Positions 15,821 to 23,789 of a stretch of DNA of 23,789 bases are shown one piece after another. Each line of letters begins with the position of its first letter. Within the stretch, counting starts at the first letter, position 1. A program made the translations under genes and the position numbers. The stretch lies in the UHGV virus genome UHGV-1460385; one strand, given 5' to 3'. The notes beneath the pieces were generated by a model, which worked only from the letters and a program-made list of their open reading frames with translations, was not told the origin of the DNA and did not search any database. This DNA comes from a virus.

Positions 15821-17080
15821 TTACTGGTTAGCCAGTACCAGGCCGGTGAATTCCGGGACCAGTACGCTTGCGCCAGCCAGCGTGGTGAAGCGAGTCCACG
15901 TTTTGCCAGATTTAGCGTCGAATTGGTAAGCCATGATGATGGTCGCACCCTGCTCGGTCGTTGCGGTCATAACCTGCGGACCCTGGCCGGTAGGGAATGC
16001 CAACTTGCCATACATCAGCTCAACAGAACCCTCAGCGAAGAAGATGTTGGAAGCCGCAGCCTTCTTGTTGAGGATGGTGATCGCCGCGTTTGCCACCGGA
16101 TTGGCGGTAACGTTCTGGTAAGGAATAGACGCCTTATCCGCGTTGTCTGGTGGCAGAATTTTCGGGCTGATGGTAACGGTAGTGCCATTTACTGCCAGGA
16201 CGCGGAATACCTGCGGCTTACCTGTATCCACCTTCTTGATCATGTGGACACTGTTAACGCCTGCGATAGTGAATGCATCGCCGACAGCCAGTACGCCAGC
16301 AGTGGATACGGTGATGTCACCCTGGCGGTTATCGGTAGGCGCGCCGTTGGAATCCATCGCGGTAACTTTGTGTTTTACTGCGCCGCCGAGAGTTACAGCG
16401 GTAGCTGAACCAGCCTTCATTGCGCCAGCATAATCAACGCGGAAACTGTCGAAGGATGCCACAGGTGGAATCTGAGCTTTCTCATAGGCTGTCAGAGTTG
16501 CACCGACCGCATATGCGCGAGAGCCAAGCTCCTTAGCCAGGTCTTTGTAGTTGAACGGGTTGTAGAACGCCTTGCGCTGACCACCCTGAGGCACACCAAT
16601 GGACAGCATCATTGCATCAACGTCAGCCGATGCGTTCCAGAGTTCTTCGCCGAGAGTGCTACCGGTGGACGCCGATTTAATGGTGACCACGTTGGTGGAG
16701 CGAGCGACCACCTCATCGACGATCATGTTATCAACCCACGCCGCCAACTGGCGACCCGCCGCCTTGCCAGCCTGCTCTTTGTGCCACGGATCGCGCATTT
16801 CTTTTGCGTCCAGTTCGTAGATGACGTTCTCTGGCTCGCGGAAGCGAGCAGGCACCTGACGCTGAACGAGTGAGTTTGCAGTGGCCGAAGTCAGATCAAG
16901 TCCGCTCACGGTTTTCAGGTGGTAGCCCTGAGGGCGATAAACAACGTCGCCAGCGCGCTGCATTTCAATGTCGCCCGGTCGGAACTTGCTGCACTCGCGG
17001 GAAACGACATTGGACGCCTCAAAACTATCAATGACGCTCTCAAAGAGGATTTCGAGGTCTTTTGTTAACTGGTTAGACAT
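15821..17080 (-). CDS. 5: Major coat protein, 419 aa
   Basis: Synteny (scaffold-coat-gp4), size near P22 gp5 (430 aa), followed by a strong terminator. Sequence is divergent from the P22 coat as I recall it. Confidence 0.85.
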   Translation of the reverse strand: MSNQLTKDLEILFESVIDSFEASNVVSRECSKFRPGDIEMQRAGDVVYRPQGYHLKTVSGLDLTSATANSLVQRQVPARFREPENVIYELDAKEMRDPWHKEQAGKAAGRQLAAWVDNMIVDEVVARSTNVVTIKSASTGSTLGEELWNASADVDAMMLSIGVPQGGQRKAFYNPFNYKDLAKELGSRAYAVGATLTAYEKAQIPPVASFDSFRVDYAGAMKAGSATAVTLGGAVKHKVTAMDSNGAPTDNRQGDITVSTAGVLAVGDAFTIAGVNSVHMIKKVDTGKPQVFRVLAVNGTTVTISPKILPPDNADKASIPYQNVTANPVANAAITILNKKAAASNIFFAEGSVELMYGKLAFPTGQGPQVMTATTEQGATIIMAYQFDAKSGKTWTRFTTLAGASVLVPEFTGLVLANQ

Positions 17081-17100
17081 AGGTATTTAGCTCCGATGGA

Positions 17101-17997
17101 TTATTTTTTAGCTTTGTTCTTCGCCGCCCGGTATTCGGTGTAATCACCGGTGTCGCGCGCTTTTTCGAGAAGTTTGTCGAGGTTATTGATTACTGCGCCG
17201 TTGCTCCCCTTAACTGTCGGGGTTGTGGCTGCCGTGGTTTTTGCTTTTGGCATGATTCTGGCCTTCGATTCTATACGTTCCAGCAGACGACCAATTGCTA
17301 CGGGGTTGGTAGCTTCTGCCAGTTGCTTGCGCAGTTCAGCGTTGCGACCGAGCGCCAGAACAACGATTTCCGGCTTCTCTGACTCAAACAGGATCGCGTT
17401 TTGTGTCTCGATGGGAATTTCCTCGAGTACGGCCTGCTCAGCTTCCTGATAGCCAGGAACTTTGAGAGCCTTAACACGTTGCTGATATTTGGATAATCGC
17501 TCTTGATAGGCAGCCTGAAGCTCCTGCTCCTTCTGCTTGCGAGCCATCTCCTGTTGCTGGTACTTGCCGTTATCCTCTGCCCACTTAGCCATGCGTTGCT
17601 GGTAGATTTCTTCATCGAAACCGATGTCCTCATCATCCAGTTTTGGCATTCGCGGTGGTTGAGTGATTACCGGCTGCTGCTCGACGGGTTTCTGAGACTG
17701 ACGCATCAGCTCTTTCAGCTCACGGTCTTTCTCTTTAATCGTCTTGCGCAGGTGTTTTACCAGTCCATGCTCTGCGCCATCTTCGCTGGTTGGCGAATCC
17801 AGCTTTTCGTCACCAAAGTAGAATTCCTGTTCTGATTCGTCGTCATCAGTTTCAGTAGCTTCCTCTGCATCATTGCCGGAGGACTCACTGCCATCTTCTG
17901 TTTCGACTTCTTCAGCCAGTTCGACATCATCAGGAATCTGCTCTGACGCGTCGGTTTCGATTTCAACTTCTGGTGTGTTTTCTGCCATCTGGTCCAT
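17101..17997 (-). CDS. 8: Scaffolding protein, 298 aa
   Basis: Synteny between portal and coat; very acidic N-terminus, charged coiled-coil-like middle, basic C-terminus, as expected for a P22-like scaffold. AGGGG 6 nt upstream of the ATG. Confidence 0.85.
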   Translation of the reverse strand: MDQMAENTPEVEIETDASEQIPDDVELAEEVETEDGSESSGNDAEEATETDDDESEQEFYFGDEKLDSPTSEDGAEHGLVKHLRKTIKEKDRELKELMRQSQKPVEQQPVITQPPRMPKLDDEDIGFDEEIYQQRMAKWAEDNGKYQQQEMARKQKEQELQAAYQERLSKYQQRVKALKVPGYQEAEQAVLEEIPIETQNAILFESEKPEIVVLALGRNAELRKQLAEATNPVAIGRLLERIESKARIMPKAKTTAATTPTVKGSNGAVINNLDKLLEKARDTGDYTEYRAAKNKAKK

Positions 17998-18087
17998 TTG
18001 TTACCCCTGTTTACTCGATGTTCAGCCCATCGGAAGGCAATAGGGTGCCAGGCCTCATAAAGACAGCCATTGCACGTTATGGGTTAA

Positions 18088-20289
18088 TTACTGCTGTGGT
18101 TGTTGCTGAGTTGATTTTTGCAGGATGCTGCTGATGTCCATGCGCTGCGCATGACCCTGTGCCTGACTTTTCAGGACAAGCTCTGCATCAGCACGGGCAT
18201 TGTCTCCTTGCTGTTGCTGGAACTGTCCGAGCAGTTTCAGAGCCTCGCGGATATCAGATTTCTGCTGACTATCGGCAGATGCGAGTATTTTCACAACATT
18301 TGCCGCTGCAACCTGAGCATCAGTCTGTGCCTGGAATGCTTTAACCTGAATGGCTGCCTGTTCGTTCTGCGCTTTCTGCAATTCAGCCTGACCAGCAAGA
18401 AGCTGACCTTGCGCAGCAACCATAGCCGGATCTGGCTGACTGGCCTGTTGTTGTTTCGCCTGCTCAACCATCTTCTGTTCTTCTGGTGTTCTCGGCTTGA
18501 TAACTCCAGACAGAAGCAACTGATTGCGGTTGTATTCTTTAAGGTCGTCCATCCCTTCGCCGTCCATATTGTCGAGAATCATCGACGATACAAGGTCGTG
18601 CTTCTGCGTTCCTGGTGGGATAAGTGCCAGCATGGAAAGTAACGACTTAACCGTTGCATCACGGCGAGTAGCGAACGACTGACCGACATCGACAGTCACT
18701 TCATAGTTGCCCTGCGAAAGGTCATTAAGCGCGATAACCTGCCCTGTCTGACGGTCAACCACTTCACCAGTCATCAGCGCCACGTCATCGCTGCCGTCCT
18801 CATTAACGATACGCATCGGCGTATCACTGCCATAGACCTCACGCGCCATAGAAAGCCACACAACGCCAGCGCGACGCATGGATTTAGCCATGTTGTCCAT
18901 GTAGATATAGGACTGCGTATCCATCCGGTTAAAGATGCTATCAACGGTATCGGTGGCGACGTTGCTCGGCATGTTCTCAAGCTGCGACGCACCTGTAATT
19001 TGCTGAATAGCCGTTCCGGTGTACTGCAATAGCCCGGCAAGAGCTGGAGGCATTTGTGTCGGAGGCGTATAACTGCTGACCTGAGCCTGCGCAGTAATAT
19101 CTCCGTTTTTGTTTTTCAGACTGACCATCGGCAGGAACGCCGGGCGATTTTTGTTGCGCTCCGCCCAATGAGTGGCGAGAGGACCAGGAATCATGTCAAC
19201 ATCAACTACAGGAATGCCATCACCGCCAGCCTGAGTAGCGTTATCTGCAATCATGGAAACCATCAGGTTCTCAAGACGCTGTGCATCCATCGCTTTTGCT
19301 GCGTGGCCTTCGATTCGCTCCTGATTATCAACAAATGAACGACGCCCATATACCGGGATGAGAGGAATATGTTCGCCCGGAATGCGCTTCGGTTCTTCCA
19401 GCCATTCAGCGCCAGACAGAAGACCGCAATAAACGCGGCGTTTCTTCACCGTTCGCTCACCGATCAGTTCGAATGCACCATCGGTTAGCTCGTCGACAAT
19501 ATCTTTGATTTGCTCTTCATCATAGATTGCCGTTTCTCCGCTAACAGGGTTGCGCCACGCCGTGAGCTTCACCTTCTCTATGCGGACTTCATAGTAGCGA
19601 CCAACATAGATAGCATCAGGAGTTGACCAGTCATATTGAGTGCCAGTGCCATCACGAGAAAGACTTGCAGCGATGGAATCAGGGTATTCAGCTTCGAACG
19701 CTTTAGGCGTCATGGAGAACATTTCCATAGCCCACATAGCATCAGAGCGGTCATATTGCTTGCTGTCCTGATCGAAGAAGACGCATGTCGCTGGGTCGTA
19801 AACAGGAAGAAGGCTTATACGGCGTTGCTCGTTACTCGGATCCATTTCATCTTCGTAATCGGCACACATGCGGAAACAACCGAATCCGCCCGTTACAGCA
19901 TCATCAAATGCGTTATCACACGCTTCGCCACCGGATGTTTCCTGATAGTCAGCGCGGAATTTGCCGTTCATCTTTTCGGCTAACGCTTCCGATGCCTTAT
20001 CGTCCTTCGGCCTGAATTTAACGCTGATGCGATTCTGTCGATACTCGCCAATGATGCGATCACATTCACGGGCAATCTTATTCAGTTCAAAGCGCGGGTA
20101 ATGCTCAAACCTGCCTTCATCAAATGAGTAACCAGCGTTTGTGCTGCCTTCCCACTGTGCGCCGGATACCCGGACGAAACGTTGAGCCTCAATAATCTGC
20201 TCACGCATATCCTGCGTTGCTGACCAGGCATTATCAAAGTTGCACAGCACCTTGCGATGCCAGTCAGTCATCTTTCTATCATCAGCCAT
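18088..20289 (-). CDS. 1: Portal protein, 733 aa from ATG 20289
   Basis: C-terminal region (PEEQ...AKQQ..DPAMV.AQG.LLAGQAELQKAQN...ARADAEL.LK...H.QRMDI) matches the P22 portal barrel as I recall it. GGAG 7 nt upstream of ATG 20289, which overlaps the terminase TGA; the track start at 20304 is TTG. Confidence 0.9.
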   Translation of the reverse strand: MADDRKMTDWHRKVLCNFDNAWSATQDMREQIIEAQRFVRVSGAQWEGSTNAGYSFDEGRFEHYPRFELNKIARECDRIIGEYRQNRISVKFRPKDDKASEALAEKMNGKFRADYQETSGGEACDNAFDDAVTGGFGCFRMCADYEDEMDPSNEQRRISLLPVYDPATCVFFDQDSKQYDRSDAMWAMEMFSMTPKAFEAEYPDSIAASLSRDGTGTQYDWSTPDAIYVGRYYEVRIEKVKLTAWRNPVSGETAIYDEEQIKDIVDELTDGAFELIGERTVKKRRVYCGLLSGAEWLEEPKRIPGEHIPLIPVYGRRSFVDNQERIEGHAAKAMDAQRLENLMVSMIADNATQAGGDGIPVVDVDMIPGPLATHWAERNKNRPAFLPMVSLKNKNGDITAQAQVSSYTPPTQMPPALAGLLQYTGTAIQQITGASQLENMPSNVATDTVDSIFNRMDTQSYIYMDNMAKSMRRAGVVWLSMAREVYGSDTPMRIVNEDGSDDVALMTGEVVDRQTGQVIALNDLSQGNYEVTVDVGQSFATRRDATVKSLLSMLALIPPGTQKHDLVSSMILDNMDGEGMDDLKEYNRNQLLLSGVIKPRTPEEQKMVEQAKQQQASQPDPAMVAAQGQLLAGQAELQKAQNEQAAIQVKAFQAQTDAQVAAANVVKILASADSQQKSDIREALKLLGQFQQQQGDNARADAELVLKSQAQGHAQRMDISSILQKSTQQQPQQ

Positions 20290-21785
20290 CATCCAACTCC
20301 GCAAGGTATGTTGTAGCTTGAGTAATCAATCTCTTTAGGATCTTTGATGTCTCGCATCTGTATTGCAAAACGCCTCATCATGTAGCCATAGCGAACAGCA
20401 GAAAGGATGTCGTCATTTAGCTTGACGATCTTCCCGTTCTCATCGCGGTGATACAGGCGAAACTCTTCAAAGAATGGCTCGCAGGTGTTAAATACCTTGA
20501 AACGACCGTCGAGCATCATGTCGCGTATCTCTGCTATCCCGGGTTCGACCGCATTACCTCCATCAGGCCATGTTGCATGATCTGGCAACATATCGAACCC
20601 AGCGTCGGCGTATTGTTCCTTGAGCTGAGCGCCGCCTCCCTTTTCGTGCTGATGCCCGTCATGAGGCCAAGCCGTAGGGGTGTTTTTGCTCCATGCTTTA
20701 ACAGCACTCCATGCCTCTGTCGCCTTCTTCTGTTTGGCCTTCCAGACGCGAGAAAGATAAATCACGTCCTCGTCTTTATCCCACCAAAGCTGGATGTGTG
20801 CCTGTGGGTGATCCCATCCGAAGTCCATTGCATTGATGACGTAGAAGTGATCAGGACACTCGAACGGCTGACACTTAATAGTCTCTTCCGGTATCTGGAA
20901 GATTCGACCACTACCCATCGTAGGAATACCGCGAGCACGCGCCTCTCTCTCATGCTCAGGATAGGATGCGATGATTTGCTCTTTCTGCTCGTCGGTATAG
21001 TGCTCAGCGTCATAGATGGTCATGTTGACCACTTTCTGCGACTTGCTGGGATTCTTCAGGAACTTGGTAACAACGTCAGACATCCCCATCAGCGGGGTAA
21101 ACGTCAGAATTGAGAATTGCCCGTATTTGTTGGTACGGGTAAGACCTTCGCCATAAATGCTGTATGGTGGCTCTTCGTCAAACCACACGCCGTGGATTGT
21201 GTCACCCTGCCAGCGAGCGCGGCCTTGCGAGTATGGTTTGAAGTAGCAGATTGAAATGCCATCTTCAACGCCATCAGCCGTGTGATGCTTAACCAGAAGA
21301 TGATCAACAAGGTTCGGAAAGAAAGGAGACTTCTTCCAGCTAATGATGTCCTCTTTCGGTATTGAACCGTAGCCCGGCTCATCATTCTCTTCAATACGAC
21401 CGCACAGGATGCGTTGAGTCGTTTTGGTTACCGTCTCGTTTGTCTCGCCGCCAATCCAGAAGACAACAGGCTCATAGAAACGCTTACCTTTCCACTCACC
21501 GCCATATTTACCATCAGCAGGATAGCCTTTTGTGCCCGGATAACGCCCGGTAAGGTGAAACGCGACTTCAGCAGCACCAGTAAATGACTTACCAAGCTGG
21601 TTACCAGCCATAAAACAGCGCTCTGGATAGTCATGCCCGGCGTCGATGAACTCACGCTGTTTGCTGTATGGCGTAAATTCATATAGCAGGTGTGTGTTCC
21701 GGTAGTTCTCTTCTTCTTCGAGTAGCTCGAGCAATTCGATTTGCTCTTCGTCGCTCAGGTTATCAAGAATCGCGTCCAGTTCCAC
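20289..21785 (-). CDS. 2: Terminase large subunit, 498 aa
   Basis: Synteny between small terminase and portal, size near P22 gp2 (499 aa), ATPase-like N-half. Start is GTG at 21785 (AAGGAG 10 nt upstream) inside the last codons of the small-terminase gene; the first in-frame ATG is codon 59. Confidence 0.9.
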   Translation of the reverse strand: MELDAILDNLSDEEQIELLELLEEEENYRNTHLLYEFTPYSKQREFIDAGHDYPERCFMAGNQLGKSFTGAAEVAFHLTGRYPGTKGYPADGKYGGEWKGKRFYEPVVFWIGGETNETVTKTTQRILCGRIEENDEPGYGSIPKEDIISWKKSPFFPNLVDHLLVKHHTADGVEDGISICYFKPYSQGRARWQGDTIHGVWFDEEPPYSIYGEGLTRTNKYGQFSILTFTPLMGMSDVVTKFLKNPSKSQKVVNMTIYDAEHYTDEQKEQIIASYPEHEREARARGIPTMGSGRIFQIPEETIKCQPFECPDHFYVINAMDFGWDHPQAHIQLWWDKDEDVIYLSRVWKAKQKKATEAWSAVKAWSKNTPTAWPHDGHQHEKGGGAQLKEQYADAGFDMLPDHATWPDGGNAVEPGIAEIRDMMLDGRFKVFNTCEPFFEEFRLYHRDENGKIVKLNDDILSAVRYGYMMRRFAIQMRDIKDPKEIDYSSYNIPCGVG

Positions 21786-22251
21786 GGTTGAATAGCTCCT
21801 TGATACGAGAGCGTCGCTTATCGCGATCTCCCTTATCAGGTGTCACGTCTTCAACTTGCGACTGCTCTTTGAGGCCCAAATCACGGGCGATGATGTTAGC
21901 GTTGAGAAGGTCAGCGGCTGCGCCAGAGAATTTCTGGTCGTAGATAACCTGTTCTGCTCGCGTAACGACTTCAGATAAATCTTCTCGCAGGCGATATGTG
22001 CGCCACGTTTCAAGCGTCACATCAATGAACAGAGTGAGGCCGGTAATGGTCATCGCTCGCATCTTGGCGATAGGCTCTTGTATCACTTCGCCCTGATACG
22101 AGAACGCCTTCATCTCCCATAGCGGGTTAGCTTCTACCCACTCGAAGTATTCACAACAAGCAGCCCACAGCGCCTCAGGCGATTCGAATTTAGGGTTTCG
22201 CCCATGACTACTGCGGGCCTCCCAAAATCGGTTGCCCTTTGGTGCTGCCAT
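21763..22251 (-). CDS. 3: Terminase small subunit, 162 aa from ATG 22251
   Basis: [50 protein letters not shown]... matches my recollection of P22 gp3 (162 aa). Contains the pac sequence. ATG 22251 has GAG 6 nt upstream; the track ATG at 22257 is two codons earlier. Confidence 0.9.
   Translation of the reverse strand: MAAPKGNRFWEARSSHGRNPKFESPEALWAACCEYFEWVEANPLWEMKAFSYQGEVIQEPIAKMRAMTITGLTLFIDVTLETWRTYRLREDLSEVVTRAEQVIYDQKFSGAAADLLNANIIARDLGLKEQSQVEDVTPDKGDRDKRRSRIKELFNRGTGRDS
21957..21984 (-). promoter_or_regulatory. P22-type pac site inside the small-terminase gene
   Basis: Minus-strand sequence GAAGATTTATCTGAAGTCGTTACGCGAG contains the 22-bp P22 pac sequence as I recall it (GAAGATTTATCTGAAGTCGTTA). 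It encodes [10 protein letters not shown] within the small-terminase protein. Confidence 0.6.
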
Positions 22252-22286
22252 ATTCATCTCACTTAGTTGTTATTTCAGGTTGAGCA

Positions 22287-22529
22287 TCATGCTCCGGTGG
22301 TGAACAGGTCTAACGCTTCCTTCGATTTACGCACCGCTTCGATAGTGCGGGTCGTGATATCTGAATTAGCGCCGCCTGACTGGAAGTGAATTTTGAATAG
22401 CTCAAGCTTCAGCTCGTCAGTGCCAATGAACTGAAATGCTTCTTCTGCGGCTGCGTTCTGGTTCATGACCAGTTTGTAAATCTCTAACTGGAATTTCTGT
22501 TCTTCAGTCATGGGAATAATCTCTGCCAT
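22287..22529 (-). CDS. orf80-like hypothetical protein, 80 aa, between rha and the small-terminase gene
   Basis: Position and length correspond to the small ORF that precedes gene 3 in P22; GGAG 6 nt upstream of the ATG. Confidence 0.6.
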   Translation of the reverse strand: MAEIIPMTEEQKFQLEIYKLVMNQNAAAEEAFQFIGTDELKLELFKIHFQSGGANSDITTRTIEAVRKSKEALDLFTTGA

Positions 22530-22756
22530 TGTTGGCTCCGTTTATCCGTTAAAAGGGATATCAGTTAAGTTATCCCGTGTAGGGTATAAGCCATTGTCGA
22601 GACCACTCATTGAATGGTCTCTGCAATAACCGATGTCTTTCCATCAGTCCGCCACCACAAAGAATCTTTTTTGCCATAAGGCAGGAGGTTCATCTTTCAG
22701 TGGCTGCCAGTGTTATTTCCCCACTTACTGGCTTGGGTTGTTTCGCGGTGCTGCCG

Positions 22757-23299
22757 TTAATTGGTGAGTCCGGGGATTACGGTTTGCCCGTGCTGTTCAA
22801 GGCGTTCAATTCTCGCCAGTAGCTGAGGCTTCTTAATTTTTCCCCAGCGATTGAGCAGACGACCTGACATGCTGGCAACATCCTTCTCTTTCATGTACTC
22901 CAGCATTACGGCATTTCTCTCTTCTTCAAATTGACGATGACCAACCTGAAGCATGGCGTACATCCAGTTAAATGCGTTGATGTAAGCAATTTTGATACGC
23001 ATTGCTTCTTTTTTGGTGTAGGACATAACCAAAAGCATCAACCCATCCTTACGGAGACGGTAGAATTTTTGCGGCTTACCATTCTGTAACTCATTGTTTT
23101 TATAGCAAAGCTCAAAGTTGAGCTTTGTATCAAACTCAGGAGGGCAAGCTTCTATGGTTCGCTCAATGTCACGGACTACGTTCTTCGGCAGCTTTCCAAA
23201 TGCTTTTGCCACCATAAAAGAATCTGTAACCGGATCGTTGTTTGCTACAAAAATTAGGTCTCTGAAATCTATATCGTTAACAACGGTTGGGTAGTTCAT
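22757..23299 (-). CDS. rha: Phage regulatory protein Rha, 180 aa
   Basis: PVTDSFMVAKAFGKLPKNVVRDIERTIE...FYRLRKDGLMLLVMSYTKKEAMRIKIAYINAFNWM fits the Rha family signature. Sits between the lysis genes and the terminase genes, as rha does in P22. Confidence 0.85.
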   Translation of the reverse strand: MNYPTVVNDIDFRDLIFVANNDPVTDSFMVAKAFGKLPKNVVRDIERTIEACPPEFDTKLNFELCYKNNELQNGKPQKFYRLRKDGLMLLVMSYTKKEAMRIKIAYINAFNWMYAMLQVGHRQFEEERNAVMLEYMKEKDVASMSGRLLNRWGKIKKPQLLARIERLEQHGQTVIPGLTN

Positions 23300-23447
23300 T
23301 GCGTCTTTACCTTTTAGAAAGATGAGCCTGTTCGCACAGAAAAGCCGTCCCCGAGATGGTCGCCACCATATACGGCAATTCTCAGGCTCAGCTTTCTGAA
23401 AGACTCGGGATTGTTACGCGCTGCGATGCGCGGTTTACTGCAGATGT

Positions 23448-23471
23448 AAAAAAGCCCCGCAAATGCGAGGC
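23448..23471 (-). terminator. Intrinsic terminator between the lysis genes and rha
   Basis: Minus-strand GCCTCGC-ATTT-GCGGGGC (7-bp stem with one G-U pair) followed by TTTTTT (plus-strand A6 at 23448-23453). Confidence 0.65.
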
Positions 23472-23645
23472 TAAATCCTGGTATTTGTAATGACTGGCCC
23501 TTATCTCAACGCAGCCCCTTACCGCGCGCCAGATGCTCAATATCAAGCATCAGCAATGAGATATTTAATCTGGATTCACTCCAGAAGTGATCACCACCCT
23601 GTCTACAGAGCCAGATGTGAAGGATGATGAGTAAAATTATCGCTA

Positions 23646-23789
23646 TCATCGAAGGCATTGCGTCCTGATGTATTCCTGAAGCGTTCTCAGTGCTGTTTGG
23701 TCGCGGATAATTCCGTCCCGGATACCGAGAACGTTTCGTCCAGCAACTGGAGAGAGTTCGACGGTGGCATCATTGCCCATGCCGGAGGC
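23646..23789 (-). CDS. Rz: i-spanin Rz, C-terminal 47 codons only (gene continues beyond the window)
   Basis: Translation from the window edge: ASGMGNDATVELSPVAGRNVLGIRDGIIRDQTALRTLQEYIRTQCLR. This is colinear with the lambda Rz C-terminus as I recall it (ASGVDNAASPRLADTAERDYFTLRERLITMQKQLEGTQKYINEQCR). Confidence 0.7.
   Translation of the reverse strand, partial: ASGMGNDATVELSPVAGRNVLGIRDGIIRDQTALRTLQEYIRTQCLR
23687..23788 (-). CDS. Rz1: o-spanin Rz1, C-terminal part, nested in the +1 frame of Rz (5' end beyond the window)
   Basis: Translation: PPAWAMMPPSNSLQLLDETFSVSGTELSATKQH. Proline-rich like the lambda Rz1 C-terminus (PPPPAWIMQPPPDWQTPLNG, from memory), embedded in Rz in another frame. 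Confidence 0.55.
   Translation of the reverse strand, partial: PPAWAMMPPSNSLQLLDETFSVSGTELSATKQH

Noticed and set aside
15545-16408. 287-aa plus-strand ORF (and similar long antisense ORFs at 20448-21113, 12702-13226, 18118-18642, 618-1407, 17150-17835)
   Set aside because: All lie antisense within well-supported structural genes (coat, terminase, gp14/gp26, portal, tailspike, scaffold) and have Arg/Ser/Leu-rich products typical of shadow frames.
22535-22625. Possible tRNA gene in the rha / orf80 gap
   Set aside because: Hairpins have 9-10-nt loops, there is no GTTCRANNC T-loop motif or acceptor-stem pairing, and no cloverleaf could be drawn.
1-23789. CRISPR array, integrase/transposase, reverse transcriptase, or a recognisable toxin-antitoxin or restriction system
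   Set aside because: No spaced direct repeats and no ORF with the corresponding motifs were seen; the only accessory candidates are the immunity-region genes described in the findings.

Overview
This window is the late (right) half of a P22-like, short-tailed lambdoid prophage, read in reverse: almost every gene is on the minus strand. From the high-coordinate end the order is: 3' ends of the nested spanin genes Rz/Rz1, an intrinsic terminator, rha, an orf80-like ORF, small and large terminase (with a P22-type pac sequence inside the small-terminase gene), portal, scaffold, coat, a small ORF, gp4, gp10, tail needle gp26, gp14, ejection proteins gp7/gp20/gp16, a ~5.3 kb accessory immunity region, ant, a terminator, and an 895-aa tailspike. 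The tailspike has the P22-type N-terminal head-binding domain fused to a different receptor-binding body. The last ~575 bp are AT-rich non-coding DNA followed by a GC-normal edge that looks like flanking coding DNA. The accessory region (3.3-8.7 kb) is the interesting part. It holds a recognisable immI module (mnt, arc, ant, an Omnt-like palindrome, a sar-type antisense unit) with two departures: mnt is translationally coupled to a truncated ClpP-family serine protease gene, and an 89-aa membrane/coiled-coil ORF sits between arc and ant. Beside it is a second immunity-like module: a lambda-CI-fold repressor with Ala at the autocleavage nucleophile position, a small membrane protein, and a divergent Arc-like RHH / Bro-N antirepressor / Rha-KilAC-like operon. 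Each of the three antirepressor-type start codons is faced by a plus-strand promoter-like element sharing TTGCTAyAnT plus a downstream intrinsic terminator. Both Arc-family genes are shorter than 60 aa and absent from the ORF track. No rRNA, tRNA, CRISPR array, transposase or integrase was seen. All family assignments come from reading the translations and recalled reference sequences; no database search was run.
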